Below are positions 12,840-25,500 of a stretch of DNA of 64,000 bases, piece by piece. The stretch is from Phaeosaccion multiseriatum. Lineage: Eukaryota > Protista > Ochrophyta, other classes. Where the stretch lies: positions 496,001 to 560,000 of the forward strand of contig OZ218961.1 in NCBI GenBank assembly GCA_965112735.1. Reading direction: 5' to 3'. The translations under genes and the position numbers were made by a program. Position 1 is the stretch's first letter, and every line of letters starts with the position of its first letter. The notes beneath the pieces were generated by a model that saw only the letters and a program-made list of their open reading frames with translations, had not been told where the DNA came from and searched no databases.

Positions 12840-14297
12840 TCAATAATCATCACCCTCACAACCTTCTTTGAAGAACTCCACTTCAAGGCCCTCGGGCAGC
12901 TGAGCAGGGAGCTTGTATCTGTATTCCTCCCAAACCACGAGTCGCTCCAGACCTGCAGGCAGATCTGGGAGCGGCTGCTCGTACTCGCACCCCAGCTGCA
13001 GAGTCCGAACAGAGGCAGGCAGGGCCAATGGATGATTGAACAAAGAGTACTGGGCAAACTCCAGCTCCTTCATCCCGTCCGGCAGATCCGATAGGGGCTG
13101 ATTATACTCGTCTCCCAGCTGCAGAGTCCGAAGAGAGGCAGGCAGGGTTAACGGATGATTAAACTTCGACCACCTGAAAAATCTCAGCTCCTTCAGCCCG
13201 TCCGGCAGATCCGATAGGGGCTGACTATACCTCCCTCCCAGCTCCAGAGTCCGAAGAGTGGCACGCAGAATCAACGGATGATTAAACCTCGAGCACTCGG
13301 AAAACTTCAGCTCCTTCAGCCCGTCCGGCAGATCCGATAGGGGCTGATAATACTCGTCTCCCAGCTGCAGAGTCCGAAGAGAGGCAGGAAGGACCATCGG
13401 ATGATTAAATACCGAGCCAGAGGCAAATCTCAGCTCCTTCAGCCCGTCCGGCAGATCCGATAGGGGCTGGCTATACTCCTCTCCCAGCTCCAGGGTCCGA
13501 AGAGAGGCAGGAAGCTTCAATGGACGATTGAACCAACACCATACATAGCCGCCAAACTTCAGCTCTTCAAGAGAGCTGGGAAGAGTCACGTCATGCTTAA
13601 ACGAGCTCCCAAACGATGCCTTCCGCAGCGATGGGGGGAGGTCCAAAGGATGATTGTACATGGACTCAGGAGAGAAGCTCAACTCTCTCAAGGCGTGCGG
13701 AAGTTTGACCTCTTCCGAAAACTCTCTCCCAAAATGTACACTCTCCAGCTCGTCAGGAAGACGTAGGCCACGACAGCTGAAATCATCTCCCAAGCGAACG
13801 TGCTTCACCGAGGGAGGGAGCACTCTCAGCCCTTCCTGGACAAGGGCAATGTCCGCCGGTGTACACCGCGTATTGGCAACGCCCAGCGTGACAGCGCTGA
13901 CGCGAAAATGCCTTTCATTGGGAATGTCCCCTCCCCCCTCCCCACGCTGCTGGGCCCGCTGCTGCTCCTCCTGAACGCATGGTCTTTGTCCATCCTCAGC
14001 GGCAGAGGATGCTCCTCCTTCCCCAGATGGCTCAAGCTCAAGCCGTTGCTGGTGCTCAAGCATCTTCAGTATTCTCTGCTGGACCGCTTTAGGCACATGG
14101 CAGTGCAGAACAACTCGCCTACCCACGACTGCATCCACCACTCTGGACAAACCCCACACACTCTTGACGGAGCCGATATTTTGAAAAATACAGGTCAGCA
14201 CCTTCACTCCATCCCAGTCTGCTGCCTCGGTAACGGGTTCTCCTGAGGAGAGCTTCGAAGAGGGAATATTTTCCGCCCGTGTTCTTCCCCCGTCCAT
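12840..14297 (-). CDS. Intronless FNIP/LRR-like repeat protein, copy 2 (485 aa)
   Basis: Paralog of 9771-11621 with four LPDG units instead of seven; same N- and C-terminal caps (LPAQLPEGLxVEFFxEGCExxDY*). Confidence 0.85.
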   Translation of the reverse strand: MDGGRTRAENIPSSKLSSGEPVTEAADWDGVKVLTCIFQNIGSVKSVWGLSRVVDAVVGRRVVLHCHVPKAVQQRILKMLEHQQRLELEPSGEGGASSAAEDGQRPCVQEEQQRAQQRGEGGGDIPNERHFRVSAVTLGVANTRCTPADIALVQEGLRVLPPSVKHVRLGDDFSCRGLRLPDELESVHFGREFSEEVKLPHALRELSFSPESMYNHPLDLPPSLRKASFGSSFKHDVTLPSSLEELKFGGYVWCWFNRPLKLPASLRTLELGEEYSQPLSDLPDGLKELRFASGSVFNHPMVLPASLRTLQLGDEYYQPLSDLPDGLKELKFSECSRFNHPLILRATLRTLELGGRYSQPLSDLPDGLKELRFFRWSKFNHPLTLPASLRTLQLGDEYNQPLSDLPDGMKELEFAQYSLFNHPLALPASVRTLQLGCEYEQPLPDLPAGLERLVVWEEYRYKLPAQLPEGLEVEFFKEGCEGDDY

Positions 14298-14491
14298 CTC
14301 TTTCCCTTTTGCCTTCTCTCCCCCCTTTCTTGAAGCTTCTCTCCCCCTCCCCTCTTGAGCTCTCCGTCCTCCCCCCTAAGCTCTTGTTGTCTACACAGGT
14401 AAGGGGCTCGGGACTGCACAGACTCGCGTTATCGTGACTTCGCGGCGCGTAGACTTTAAACAAGACTTCAAAACAGAGAGAGAGAGAGATA

Positions 14492-14550
<59 letters not shown>

Positions 14551-14796
14551 GAAGGCCGATCGCGATTACATTGTAAGTGGCCCGCCTCCCCCATTGACAT
14601 ACTACATCGTCACACGCGCCCACGCGCCCACGCACCACCAATACCACCTGGGGGAGTCTTCGTATTCCTTCATCAATTCTCACATAAAAAACCTTTCCTG
14701 CTATACAACAAAGGCATGGGGCCTCTCCCTCTCTCTCGCCTCCTCCTCCTCCTCCTCCTCCTCCTCCTCCTCCTCCTCCTCCGCCTGCCCTCCAGA

Positions 14797-14962
14797 GCTA
14801 CTGCTGCACGGCCCCCAACACAGCGTGCAGGTCCACCACCAATTGTTCCCTGTCCGCGCTTTCCTTGTAGCCGTGCAGCGCAGCCATGACCCTCGAGTCG
14901 CGAGCGTCGAACATGGCCAGCAGAGCCGCCCCCGCCGCCGGAGAGGGCATGGTGGCGTTCTG
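14797..14962 (-). pseudogene. Third, truncated copy of the helical gene fragment
   Basis: Matches the 3' end of 12089-12260, then breaks off. Confidence 0.7.
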
Positions 14963-15100
14963 GAAGAGGCTTTCCCCGGCTCGCGAACGTCATACCTATC
15001 GATCTTCCTCGTACGTAGGCCTCTCTCTCTTTCTCGCCCTGTCTGTCTCTCTCTCCATCTGCATCTCTCTCTATATCTCTCTTTTCAGCGTATTCCCCTC

Positions 15101-16005
15101 TCAGTCCTGGCAGTTGCAGGGGTGGCCCTTGGTGTGTACCCATCGCGTCGTCTCCTCAAAGGTGTCGCCACTGATTTCCCATTCGGCAGCTCGACCGCAC
15201 CGTTGTTCATACGCTCTTTCCCTGATGACGTGGGGACAAGCTCTCTCGTTCAAGTCCGACCGGAGCCATTTCAGCACGGCAGGGCTCATACCGTCCATGA
15301 TTGCCTCCTTACAGACCACCGCATCCCAACCACAGATGTGGCGAGCATTGGCATAGAGGAGCTGCAGTCCCTCGATGCGCCCCCCTCTAGATGCCATGCA
15401 AGCGCCAATACATGCCGTATTCGTCCCCTTCATGTTCTTCCAGCAAGACCCTCGTGTGAGGATGCTCAAGAAGCCATCTCACGATGATACACCCACTGTA
15501 GCAGGCGTGGCTCCACAACTCGGCACGATAGTCCACATCAGCGGCCTGCGATAGCAACCATTTGACCCCCCCCCAAGCGCCCGTCCTCTACAGCATGGGA
15601 AGCTATGATGAAGCCGTTATTGTGCCATGGGGCACTGGTGGTTGTGGGGTGGTTGTGGGGAATGTCCTCTGAGCGCAGTCACTTCAATACGCTGAGGCCA
15701 TGTGTTTTGTTCTTGGATGCTGCATCACTCATAAATACATCCCAGGGAAAATTCTTAACGTGGAGGGCCTTGAAGACCGAGGTCCTTGCATACCTCGACA
15801 TCTCTGTGTCAGGCAGCAGCGTCACAGAGCTCCTCACTTAGCTCGAGGCCCTGCTGGCCCAGTTCACGCACTCAATACAGAGCTGACGAGCCACAGATAA
15901 GTATGATGTCTCCACTGCTGGATAGAAAGCGGTGTAGCTGGCCTCCCACTCCTCATTCACACGAGCCACGAAGCACAAGTGTCCCTTTTCCCAAATGGAC
16001 GTGGC
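15101..16005 (-). pseudogene. Degenerate ankyrin-repeat gene of the same family as 33707-62417
   Basis: Retains HLGKG, LLYANARHICGWD, LKWLRSD, CPHVIRE, WVHTKGHPCNCQD* but is broken by frameshifts and stops. Confidence 0.85.
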
Positions 16006-16228
16006 AGAGCTCAGCAGCCCATCCCCTCCTGAGCACGAAGCAGAAGCAGCACGCAGCCGGAGCGGCAGGTGCTGTTGGACGTAGTTCCATCCTGCTCCGG
16101 TACTGTAGAGAGGGGGGGAGGGAGATTAGGAACGCCAGTTTCAGTTCCAGTTTCCCATTTTGGGGTGCGGCTCTGGCCACCTTTGGGTCGAGTCGCCGTC
16201 TTCTTAGAGCACCTCTCGGCACAGCAGG

Positions 16229-17161
16229 ATGAGACCCCTTACCGAAGAGGAGACGAAGGTCCTCTTCGAGAAGCTGGCCAACTACATTGGCAAGAACATT
16301 GAGCAGCTCGTGGTGCGACCAGACGAGCCCTACTGCTTCCGTCTGCAGCGAGAGCGCGTCTTTTACGTGAGCGAGAAGATAATGCGGCAGGCGACCAACA
16401 TCAACAGAGACGACTTGCAATCACTGGGTACCTGCTTCGGGAAGTTCACCAAGTCCAGGAAGTTTAAGCTACACGTGACTTGCCTGGACTACATAGCCCA
16501 ATACGCCAAGGTGAGTGTGTGGGAGGGCAAAGGATAGTGAAGGTGGGGAGGCAGAGAGAGAGAGGGAGAGTTAAGCATACAAGGAGGGAGTATGGACGGC
16601 TCTTGCACTGGGCTTTGGGTGGACCGCCCGAGAGAAGGGCGTCTTCAAGGCTTTGGCTAGGGACACTTCTCCATGAGTAAGCGTCCTAAGGCTGGGTCAC
16701 AGGAGAGACGCAAGTGGATTGAGATACGTGCTGATACCGTGCCCGTCTCTCCCTCCCGCGCCCCTCGCTGTGTGCCCCCTCCGGAAATCCTTCCCATCCG
16801 TCTGTCCTTCCCACCCGCCTTCCCGTCCCTCCACTTTCCCCTTGATTCCTTTCTACACACACTGATTCCTTCTGCACCCCTCCAAAACAACCCCCTCCAG
16901 CACAAGGTGTGGCTCAAGCCGAACGCAGAAATGTCCTTCCTCTATGGTAACCACATTACCAAAGCCGGCCTCGGTCGCATGACTGACGCCACGCCGCAGT
17001 ACGCCGGTGTAGCCGTCTTTAGCATGAGTGACGTCCCCCTCGGCTTCGGAGTGGCTGCTCAGCCTACTGAGTATTGCAAGGACCTCGATCCGACGGCGGT
17101 GGTGGTGCTCCACCAGGCCGATGTGGGCGAGTACCTGCGGACGGAGGACGAGCTGACTTGA
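16229..17161 (+). CDS. NIP7: 60S ribosome subunit biogenesis protein NIP7 (exons 16229-16510, 16901-17161; 180 aa)
   Basis: [21 protein letters not shown]..., [39 protein letters not shown] are NIP7 signatures; GT-AG intron in phase 0. Confidence 0.95.
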
Positions 17162-17839
17162 GCTGCCTTGAGAGATCTGGCTTGAGCTGGCTGGAGCTGA
17201 CTCACATAGAAGGGAGGAGGAGGGAGAACAGAGAGGATAGAATCTCTGAGTATGTATGTACTATCCACATTTAGTGTCCTAATCTTGACAGGGTATTTGT
17301 GCCGCACCAGCGTGTCGAGCAGTACATGTATGTACATGTCGAGCAGTTCATGTCAAGCGCAGCAGTCCATGTCAAGCAGGGTTTGTAGGGAGGTACTTTG
17401 GAGAGCTGTGCCACCGTATGCCCATGTGATACTTTAAAACTATTTCGAAGTACCGATTTATCGACCCTCAAGGGAAGGAAACAACGTCAAGTGTCCGATG
17501 CAGGGGTTAGATCATAGCTGAACAGAAGAGCGAAGAGGCAAACATTCAGTCATGTCTCTCATATTGATTATTGCACTCCTTACGTAAGTATTCAAGACGC
17601 TAAGAGATGGGGTACATGTGTGAGTCTTATGGGTGAGGAGGTACCATACGAAACGTGCCGCAACATTGCTAAAGCCCCTGCACGCACGCACGCACACACA
17701 AACAAGGAAGAGGCGCCATGCGCAACGTCCAACTTGCTCCTCTTCACACACCAACTAACGAAGTTGAACTTGCGCTCCTCACAATGGGTGACGTAGGAAG
17801 ACTGAAGGGGTGTATTGTCTCTGTGCTTCTTCATCCTCC

Positions 17840-18776
17840 TCAAATGAGGGGTGTGATGCGGTACTTCTTCATAAACTCCTCGTCCCCGTCATCTTCATCA
17901 TCATCATCATCGTCATCATCATCACCCTCACCACCACCACCACCTCCCTCACCCTCCTCCTCGTCGTCATCGTCGAAAAAGTCCCCCACAATGTCAAAGC
18001 CTTCCTCCTCGTCCTCCTCCTCCTCCTCCTCCTCCTCCCCCCCATACCCCCCTTCCTCATCCTCCCCGTACACTTCATAATCCATGTAGTACTCGTCGTT
18101 CTCCTGATACTCCACCGGGTACTCATCCTCGTCGGTGGATGCCATGTAACGCTTCCTTGCCTCCTCCTCCTCTTCCCGACTCCCAAACGCCGCCTCTAAC
18201 TCGGCAATCTCCGCCACCAACCTCCTCGCCAGCAGCGTCTCGTTCGCGCCCTCACCCTCCCCCTCCCCCATCTGCAGACTGTTGTAGAACGCCTCTTCCT
18301 CAGCCTCATCGTACAACTCCTCGTCGCCGATCTCTAGACCCTCTTCATCCACGTCATCATCATCATCCTCCTCCTCCTCACCACCACCACCCTGCTGCCT
18401 CCTCTTCTTCCCTGCCTTACTTTGCATGTCATCATCCTCATCGTCATCGTCGTCGCTCCTCCCTGCCGCCGCAGAGGCAAACATGGCATCAAAAGCCTCT
18501 GAATCGAACTCGGCATCCTGATCGTACTCCTCCTCTATAGACGAGGCATACTCATCGAATTCGACCAAGCCGTCGTCGTCATCTGCATCCACGAACTCCA
18601 TCCCTCCGATGACCTGCTTGCTCGCCCCGCCTCCCATGCCGCCTGTGGCGCGAGTCTACGGGGCAGGGACCGAACAGAAGACACAGAAACATAGAGAGAG
18701 AAGAGAAAGAGAGAAAGAGAGAGAGAGGGGGAGAGGAGAGAGAGAGAGAGAGAGGGAGAGAGGAGAGAGGAGAGAG

Positions 18777-18814
<38 letters not shown>

Positions 18815-20074
18815 GGAGGGAGAGAGAGTGAGTGAGTGGACGGAGGGGGTAGTGAGATGGTGGGAAAGGGAATGGGGAAGGGGATTGGCAAAAAAGCAGC
18901 GACAGATCATAAAGCGAGCACAATCGTTCCACGCACCATTTCGATGAGCCCCGACATATCCACAGCCGCCGACACATCGTACTGCTGAAAGTGCAGCGTG
19001 GGCACGCCTTTCATCCCTCTCAGGCTCCGAGCAAGGGCAGAGCGGATGCGACGGCCGTTTTTGACCATCCACGCGTAGGCCTGGCGCTTCTCGCGAGGGT
19101 CCCCATACACCTGCAAATGGTGGGTGGGTGGGCAGGGTGGGGGGGGTGGGGTGGATGGAGGGGATGGGTGAGTGGGTGGATGGACGCGGGGTGGGGGTTC
19201 AATGGCTGGTGTATTTGGCTGGTTGGGTTGGTGGAGAAGTGGAGTCACTACTCACCGACACCATAACTCTCGCGTGGCGGAGGTCTGGGCTCATCACGAC
19301 ATCGACGATAGAGATCTTACTGCGAATGTCGTCAGAGAGATGTTTGGTGGTCTTGACGGGATGGCCGGCGAGGATGATGTCACTGAGCTCTCCTTGCACT
19401 ACTTGGGCCACCCGAGCCTGTTTTTGGGGGGGGGGGGGAGAGGGGGGAGGTAAGTGAAGTAAGTGTAGGAGTAGGTCCAAGGAGGGAAGGGGTGGGGGAG
19501 GAGAGGAAGGGCAGGAGGTGTGCAGAGAGAGGGAGAGGGAGAGGGAGAGAGGGGGTGGGGGCTGGATTGAGTACCACTCATCAAAGAACTTAACGATGGT
19601 GGACAGTCATGTCTTTGAGGCCTTCTGACTCTACTTGTGTTCGCTCTCGACAACCCGCATTGCCGGTAGGGCTTGAAATCTCATAGGTAGGACAGGAGAG
19701 AAAGAATTCCCCTAACCAACAGTGCCTGGCCTCACCATTCTCTTGGACTCGTCTTCGGGTCGGAAGGGGCTGTCCCCCCGCCCCATGAGGAGGGGCTGCG
19801 CTGGCCGCCGCCGCAGGTTGTTGTGTCTACTAATGCTGCTGCTGCTGCTGCTGCTGCGGCTGCTGTGAATACTCCGTCGGCTATTGGTACTGCTACTAGC
19901 AGAGGCTGGACAGCACACGTGCTGGGGAGCCGTAGATGCGCTGCTCCTTGTGCTCCTGCCCTCTGCGCCACTGCTGGCTCCCCTGCCGCCCCCACCGCTG
20001 CTGATAACGAATGGCCGTGCCGTTGGCGCTGTGGCCAAGATAGCCAAGAATCCGCAGCTCAGAGCGCCCTTCAT
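17840..20074 (-). CDS. rbfA: Plastid-targeted ribosome-binding factor A with long acidic C-terminal tail (exons ~20074-19736, 19417-19256, 19110-18937, 18655-17840)
   Basis: RMARVAQVVQGELSDII, ISIVDVVMSPDLRHARVMVSVYG and IRSALARSLRGMKGVPTLHF match RbfA; N-terminus MKGALSCGFLAILATAPTARP-F resembles a signal peptide plus heterokont transit peptide; all exons in frame. Confidence 0.85.
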
Positions 20075-20348
20075 CGTCCTGCTGCGCGGGATTCCCCAAG
20101 CTTTCTTCTTGCCCTCCACAGGCTTCAAGTGGTGTGGCGACCTCCCCTTTCTTCCTCCACTGTGGCGCTACTCCCACTAATCTTCGAGGGAAAACGGCAG
20201 CACCAACTCCTTGTGCTGTCCTAGTACCCTTGTAATAGGAAGCGAGGGGGAGGTGGCAGCAACAGGGCGGCTTAACTGGAACGTGCTATAACCTCAAACC
20301 AAATCCATTCCAGCTAGTTGTGTTTGGGTCCCCCCCAAGTGTGCTTTG

Positions 20349-22429
20349 ATGAAGGCGGGACCGATTCGATTTCCAAAGTCAGAGGGGGCGGAAGGAAGTA
20401 TGGGGAAGACAGCGGGAGGCATGTGGCTGTTAGCAGCGGCAACGCTTGCTTGCTCCGTTGGGGAGGGAGTGCTGGTGCGGGGGGGAGAAGTCGGGGCTGC
20501 AGCAGCGGCGACTGCTCCTACCCAGAGACAGCGACAGCAGCACACGTGGGAGGGACAGGACCGGCGGCAGGATGGGGAGGGGGACATCGAGCAGAAGCAG
20601 CAGCAGCGAATGTCGCAGGCGTCGGCGTGGGTGACGGGAGCCGGCAAGGGCAACAAGGTTACTGTGGAAGACACGGGAATACCTGGCGTATCCATTGTGC
20701 GCGTCGGAGGCGGAGGAGGAGGAGGAGGAGGAGGAGAAGGGGGAGGAGCCGACGAGTGTGAGGAGGAGGAGCAGCAGCTAGAGGGCGAGTACACTGACGG
20801 CATTGTTGGCCGGGCTCAGGAACCAGTTGTAGCCGCTGATGATGAGACGGGAGGAAGGGCGGCGGCAGCTCGGGGGGAGCCAGTGGTACCGGGAACTGTG
20901 GAAGAAGGGGCGAAAGAGTCACCGCTGCCTTCCATCACCTCCTATGGGCTGCCGTTCGGGTTTCTAGGAAGACGTCGTCGGGAAGCCCAAGAGAAGAAGC
21001 GGGCACAGCAGAAGGTCAAGCAACTGCAGCAGCAGAAGCAGCAGCGAGAGCGAGAGCTGCAGCGAGAGCAGCTGCGGGCCCGGAATAGGCTGAGCGAGAG
21101 GGGAGTCTTGGAGAGGGGGGAGGAGAAGAAGAAGGAGGATGATAAAGATGGCGTCTCGGATAGCCTCAGCTTGGACGAAGAGGAGGAGGAGAAGTACAAG
21201 TCGAAGAACAAGGGCAAGGGGAGTGCGGTCGGTCACGGTGGGGATGACGATGATGATGACGACGAGGATGACGACAGTGAGGGCACAGAGGATGGAGACG
21301 ACACAGATGGCAGCGACGCCGACGATTTGGGCGACTACAACGGCGGTAAGATGATGAGCATGTTGTGTGGGGGGAGGAGGGGGTGGGGGTTCCAGGGTTT
21401 GGTTGATTCAAGGCAAACACAGCCCTCCATCTCTCTCACATCCTCACGACGCCTGGCTTGACAAGTGTCCTACGCATCCACTGCCATCCCTCTCCCCTCC
21501 TTCCCACTCCGCACTCCCTTCCAAGCAGGGTTTGGCAGCGGTAACGGCGGTGGTGGCGGCGGTGACAGAGGCCGCGGAGGGACAGGAGGGGGGGGGGATG
21601 GCAGTGGACGGGGAGGGCTGCGCAGCGTGGGGGGGAGGCGCGGAGGCCTCCTGAAGAAGAAGGCCTCCACCGCCAGACCGAGCAAGGAGCCCGCTTCGGA
21701 GCAGGAGGACGAGGAGGTGTGTAGCGTGGGGGAGCGTAGGGGAGGGAGGGGAGGGGAGCGGAGGGGAGGGGAGGGGAAGGGAGGGGAGGGGAGGGTGGTG
21801 TAGGATAGGGTAAGGTGTGTAGGGTAGGGCAAGATGGGGTAGGGAAGGGTCAGGTAGGGTATAGGGTATGGTAGAGTAGGGTAGGGTAGGTTGGGGTAGG
21901 TTTCATCGCCCCTCTGCTCTCTTTTGTCATTTTTATCTTCACTTGGAGGCCCCCGAGCGCTGTTTCTTCCTGTGTCTTCCCTCGGCGCTTCCCACCCATC
22001 CACTGCCATCCCCCTCCTCTCGTCCTATCTCTCTATCCCCAATCTGATCTTATGTTTTGTTCTGTTGCCCTGCCCATAGGCTTCCATCCGTTGCGTGAAA
22101 CAGCACTGGCGATCTCTCATTGTGGTGCCTCCTTCCCAGGACAAGCTCAGTAAGTCACAAAGAGTGTCACTCAAGTCAAACCACCCACACTCCGATGAAG
22201 GAAGTGGTTCCCGTCCACACTCCGACAAAGGAAGTGGTTCCACCCACACTCCGACAAAGGAAGTGGTTCCCGTCCACACTCCGACAAAGGAAGTGGTTCC
22301 CGTCCCGGGGACTGTAGCAGTGCGCCCCCCTCCTTCCTCCTGCACACCTACCCACGAACACACACATACACACACGCCCCCCCCCCCCCACGCACAAAGA
22401 ACACACACTCACACACATGAACACACACG

Positions 22430-22460
<31 letters not shown>

Positions 22461-22536
22461 ATACACACATGCCCACACACACACACACAAACACACACTC
22501 GCACACACACACCTACCCACTCACATGCACACGCCC

Positions 22537-22569
<33 letters not shown>

Positions 22570-25500
22570 ACACACGGTCCCTACAGATGCCACCCTGCAT
22601 GGTGTGCTTGACGATCAGGACAAGTACGCATACGGCCCCGGGGTGGACTTCACCCTGGCAGAGAAGGACGCTGAGGCAGGGGCAGGGGCAGGGGGGGGCG
22701 GGGGAGGGCTGCCCAGCAGGTGAGTGAGTTGGTGATACAGAGAGAGGGAGGGAGGGAGGGAGGGAGGGAGGGGCAAGAAGGAGGGTTTATTTCTTAGCTA
22801 TCTTTCTCTCCTTCCCCCGCAGCCTCCCCTCCCCCGCAGCCCTCTCGTCCCTTCTGTCTTGTAACCCCCGCCTTCTCTTCTCTCTCTTTGTGTGTGTGTC
22901 TGTTGTCGTGTTGGTTGTCCGCTCACAGATCGACCGACGCCAAGTCCCCGTTCTACAAAATGCTCCTCACAGAGCTGCTCATGGATGGGATTGCAGGACC
23001 GCCTTCCCACTGGGGTATCGCGGGGGGGGGGTGGCAGCACAACAGCACAAGTACTAGCGTTAGTACGAGTGGTTGTGGCAAGAAGAGTGGGAGTGGAAGC
23101 ATCCATCGGCAGTGGTTCGAGAAGGACACGCTCTTGCAGCTGAGGGGAGCAGCCATGCTTGCTCACCATCCGGAGGTACGTCCCTCTCTCTCTGCCTCTC
23201 TGTGGTGTGTGTGTGCTTCTCTGTCTCTGTGTGTGGTGTGTATGTGTGTGCTTCTCTGTCTCTGTGTGTGGTGTATATGCGTGTGCTTCTCTTTCTCTGT
23301 GATGTGTGTGTTGTGCTTCTCTCTCTCTCTCTCTGTGGTGTGTGCGTGTATGTGCGGATGGGTAGGAGAGAGCATGTTTCTCTGTGTGTGCGAAGTGTGG
23401 TATGCGTCTGTATCTGTGATGTGTGTGTGAGACGAGAAGAGAGTGTGTGCCTGGGCGTCCCCCCCCCTGCAAATACACTAAAAACTGACCTAACTCCCCT
23501 CCCTCCCTCCCTTCCTCCCTCCCTCTCCCCCCCTCTCTCAGTTTCTCAAGCACACCCAGAAGCTTCCCCGCATCAGCCGCGGCCTGCGACTCGTGTCTCC
23601 CCAGGTACTGAATGGACAGACAGAGTATTCACTCTCCTGACACCCCTGACCGAGTGATCTGTCCCGACACCTCTGACTGACTAACCTACCTTTCCTGACA
23701 CCTTTGACTGACTAACCTTTCCTGACAGCTTTGACTGACTACCCTGTCCTGACACCTTTGACCGACTAACCTGTCCCGACACCTCTGACTGACTAACCTG
23801 TCCCGACACTGATTGACCCGTCCCTTGACTGACCCCTCCTCCTGACACCCTTGACTGCTGACCTGTCCTGACACCAGGCGACGCACAGCATGCAAGAGGC
23901 CCTCGCCCGGGCGGTGGGACACGCCACAGGGGCGCAGGTGGTGAACCTGGACGACAAGTGAGTTCGTTGGTGATACAGAGGGAGAGAGGGAGGGAGGGTG
24001 AGAGGGAGGAAGGGAGGGGATGAGCTACACTAACACAAACTTTGAACTGCCCCTTCTCACCCTATTCCGCACCCTCACCCCATCTTTTGCTCCTGCCCCC
24101 ACCCCCCACCCAAAAGGGCGTTTGAAGATGTGCGTAACGCAGCGGAGTCGGAGGGAGTGTCCCCCGATCTGCTCACACGGGCCCGCCTCCTCGACTCCCT
24201 CCTTGAGACCGCGGCAGAGGACGACACTCCTCTTGTTGTCTTCCTTAGGGACAAAGGAGGGGCTATATTCAACTCCAGAGGTGGGGTTGGGCAAGAGCAG
24301 GGGCATTGCATAGGGCAAGGGTAGGGGCATTGCATAGGGCAAGGGTAGGGGCAGAGGGTAGTGATTGGAGCTTCACGGTAGAGGGTGGTGACGGGGTTGG
24401 TCCCTCCCTGCATCTTCCTCCCCCCCCCCCCCCCTAACTATCCATCCACTCTACCCACCCACTCACCCACCCACACGTACCCACACACACACACACACCA
24501 CTCTCTCAGGCGCGTGCGAGCGCATCGCTGAGGAGCTGAAGAACGCCGACAGTCGTGTGCTCTTTGTGCTGTCCACCTTGAGTGACCCGTACGAGCACGG
24601 GGCGCAGGGCATGCTGTCCAGTTTGAAGCGCCAGCAGGTGGGTTAGGGTAGAGTGGAGGGTGGAGGGTGGTTGGTTAACTGGTTGGTTAACTGGTTGGTT
24701 GGTTGGGTGGGTGAGTTGGTTGGTTCGTTGCTGGGTTGGTTGGGTTGGTTGGGTTGGTGGGGGGGGTTAGCACGGGTGGTTAGTGCGTTGAGCCAGCACG
24801 CGGGTTTAGGTACTCACTCATTCTCTCTCTCTGTCTCACACAAACACACACACACACTTGCACACACATACACACATACACACAGGCGGAGCAGCAAGCT
24901 GGGCAGGGGCAGCATCCCCCGGGGAGCGGCCCCCCTGGACAGCAGCCCCCCGGGGGCAGCAATCGGCCCAACATGGGCATGGGCGGACTGCCGTTTCACC
25001 CGAGCCAGCTCGGACAGGGCTCGCAACTGCCTCCCGGGATGAATGGTATGTAAATTGAGTGAGTGAGAGAGTGAGTGAGTGGAGTGAGTGAATGGAGAGA
25101 GTGAGTGGGTGTAGTGAGTGAGTGAGTGATTGAAGGGAGTGAGTGATTGAAGGGAGTAAGTGAGTGAGTGAGTGAGTGAATGTAATTGAATTCATGCGGA
25201 CGCAAGGAAGGTGAAGACCTCAGTCCTTTTCGATGTCGACATGGATATGGATTTTGATGTTTTGATGCCTCTTACACTTGTCATTCACTCACACGCTGTC
25301 ACTCACTCACTCACTCACTCGCTCACTCACTGGTTCTCACGCATCCTCACTGTTTGTCGCCCACACTCACTGTCGATGACCCACCCAACCCCACTCTCTC
25401 AGGCATGCCTCGTTTCCTCCACCAACTCCCTCCCGACCCCAACGACCCCACCAAGAAGAACTTCGTTATCCTCAGCCCCCAGCAGCAGCCCCCGCCGGGT

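Larger units (their letters stand above)
9060..14962. repeat. Tandem segmental duplication (~3 kb unit: gene fragment + FNIP gene + upstream region), two full units plus a partial third
   Basis: Shared non-coding landmarks, e.g. CCGCCTCCCCCATTGACATACTACATCGTCACACG at ~11816 and ~14582, GTGTCCGCTTCGCCTTAAGAGTA at ~9732 and ~12804. Confidence 0.9.

Noticed and set aside
9771-14297. Diversity-generating retroelement acting on FNIP repeats
   Set aside because: Variable codons differ at all four bases rather than only at adenines; no template repeat or DGR RT in the window.
16229-20074. NIP7 next to RbfA as a ribosome-biogenesis cluster
   Set aside because: Different compartments (nucleolar 60S vs plastid 30S) and convergent orientation; adjacency is probably chance.
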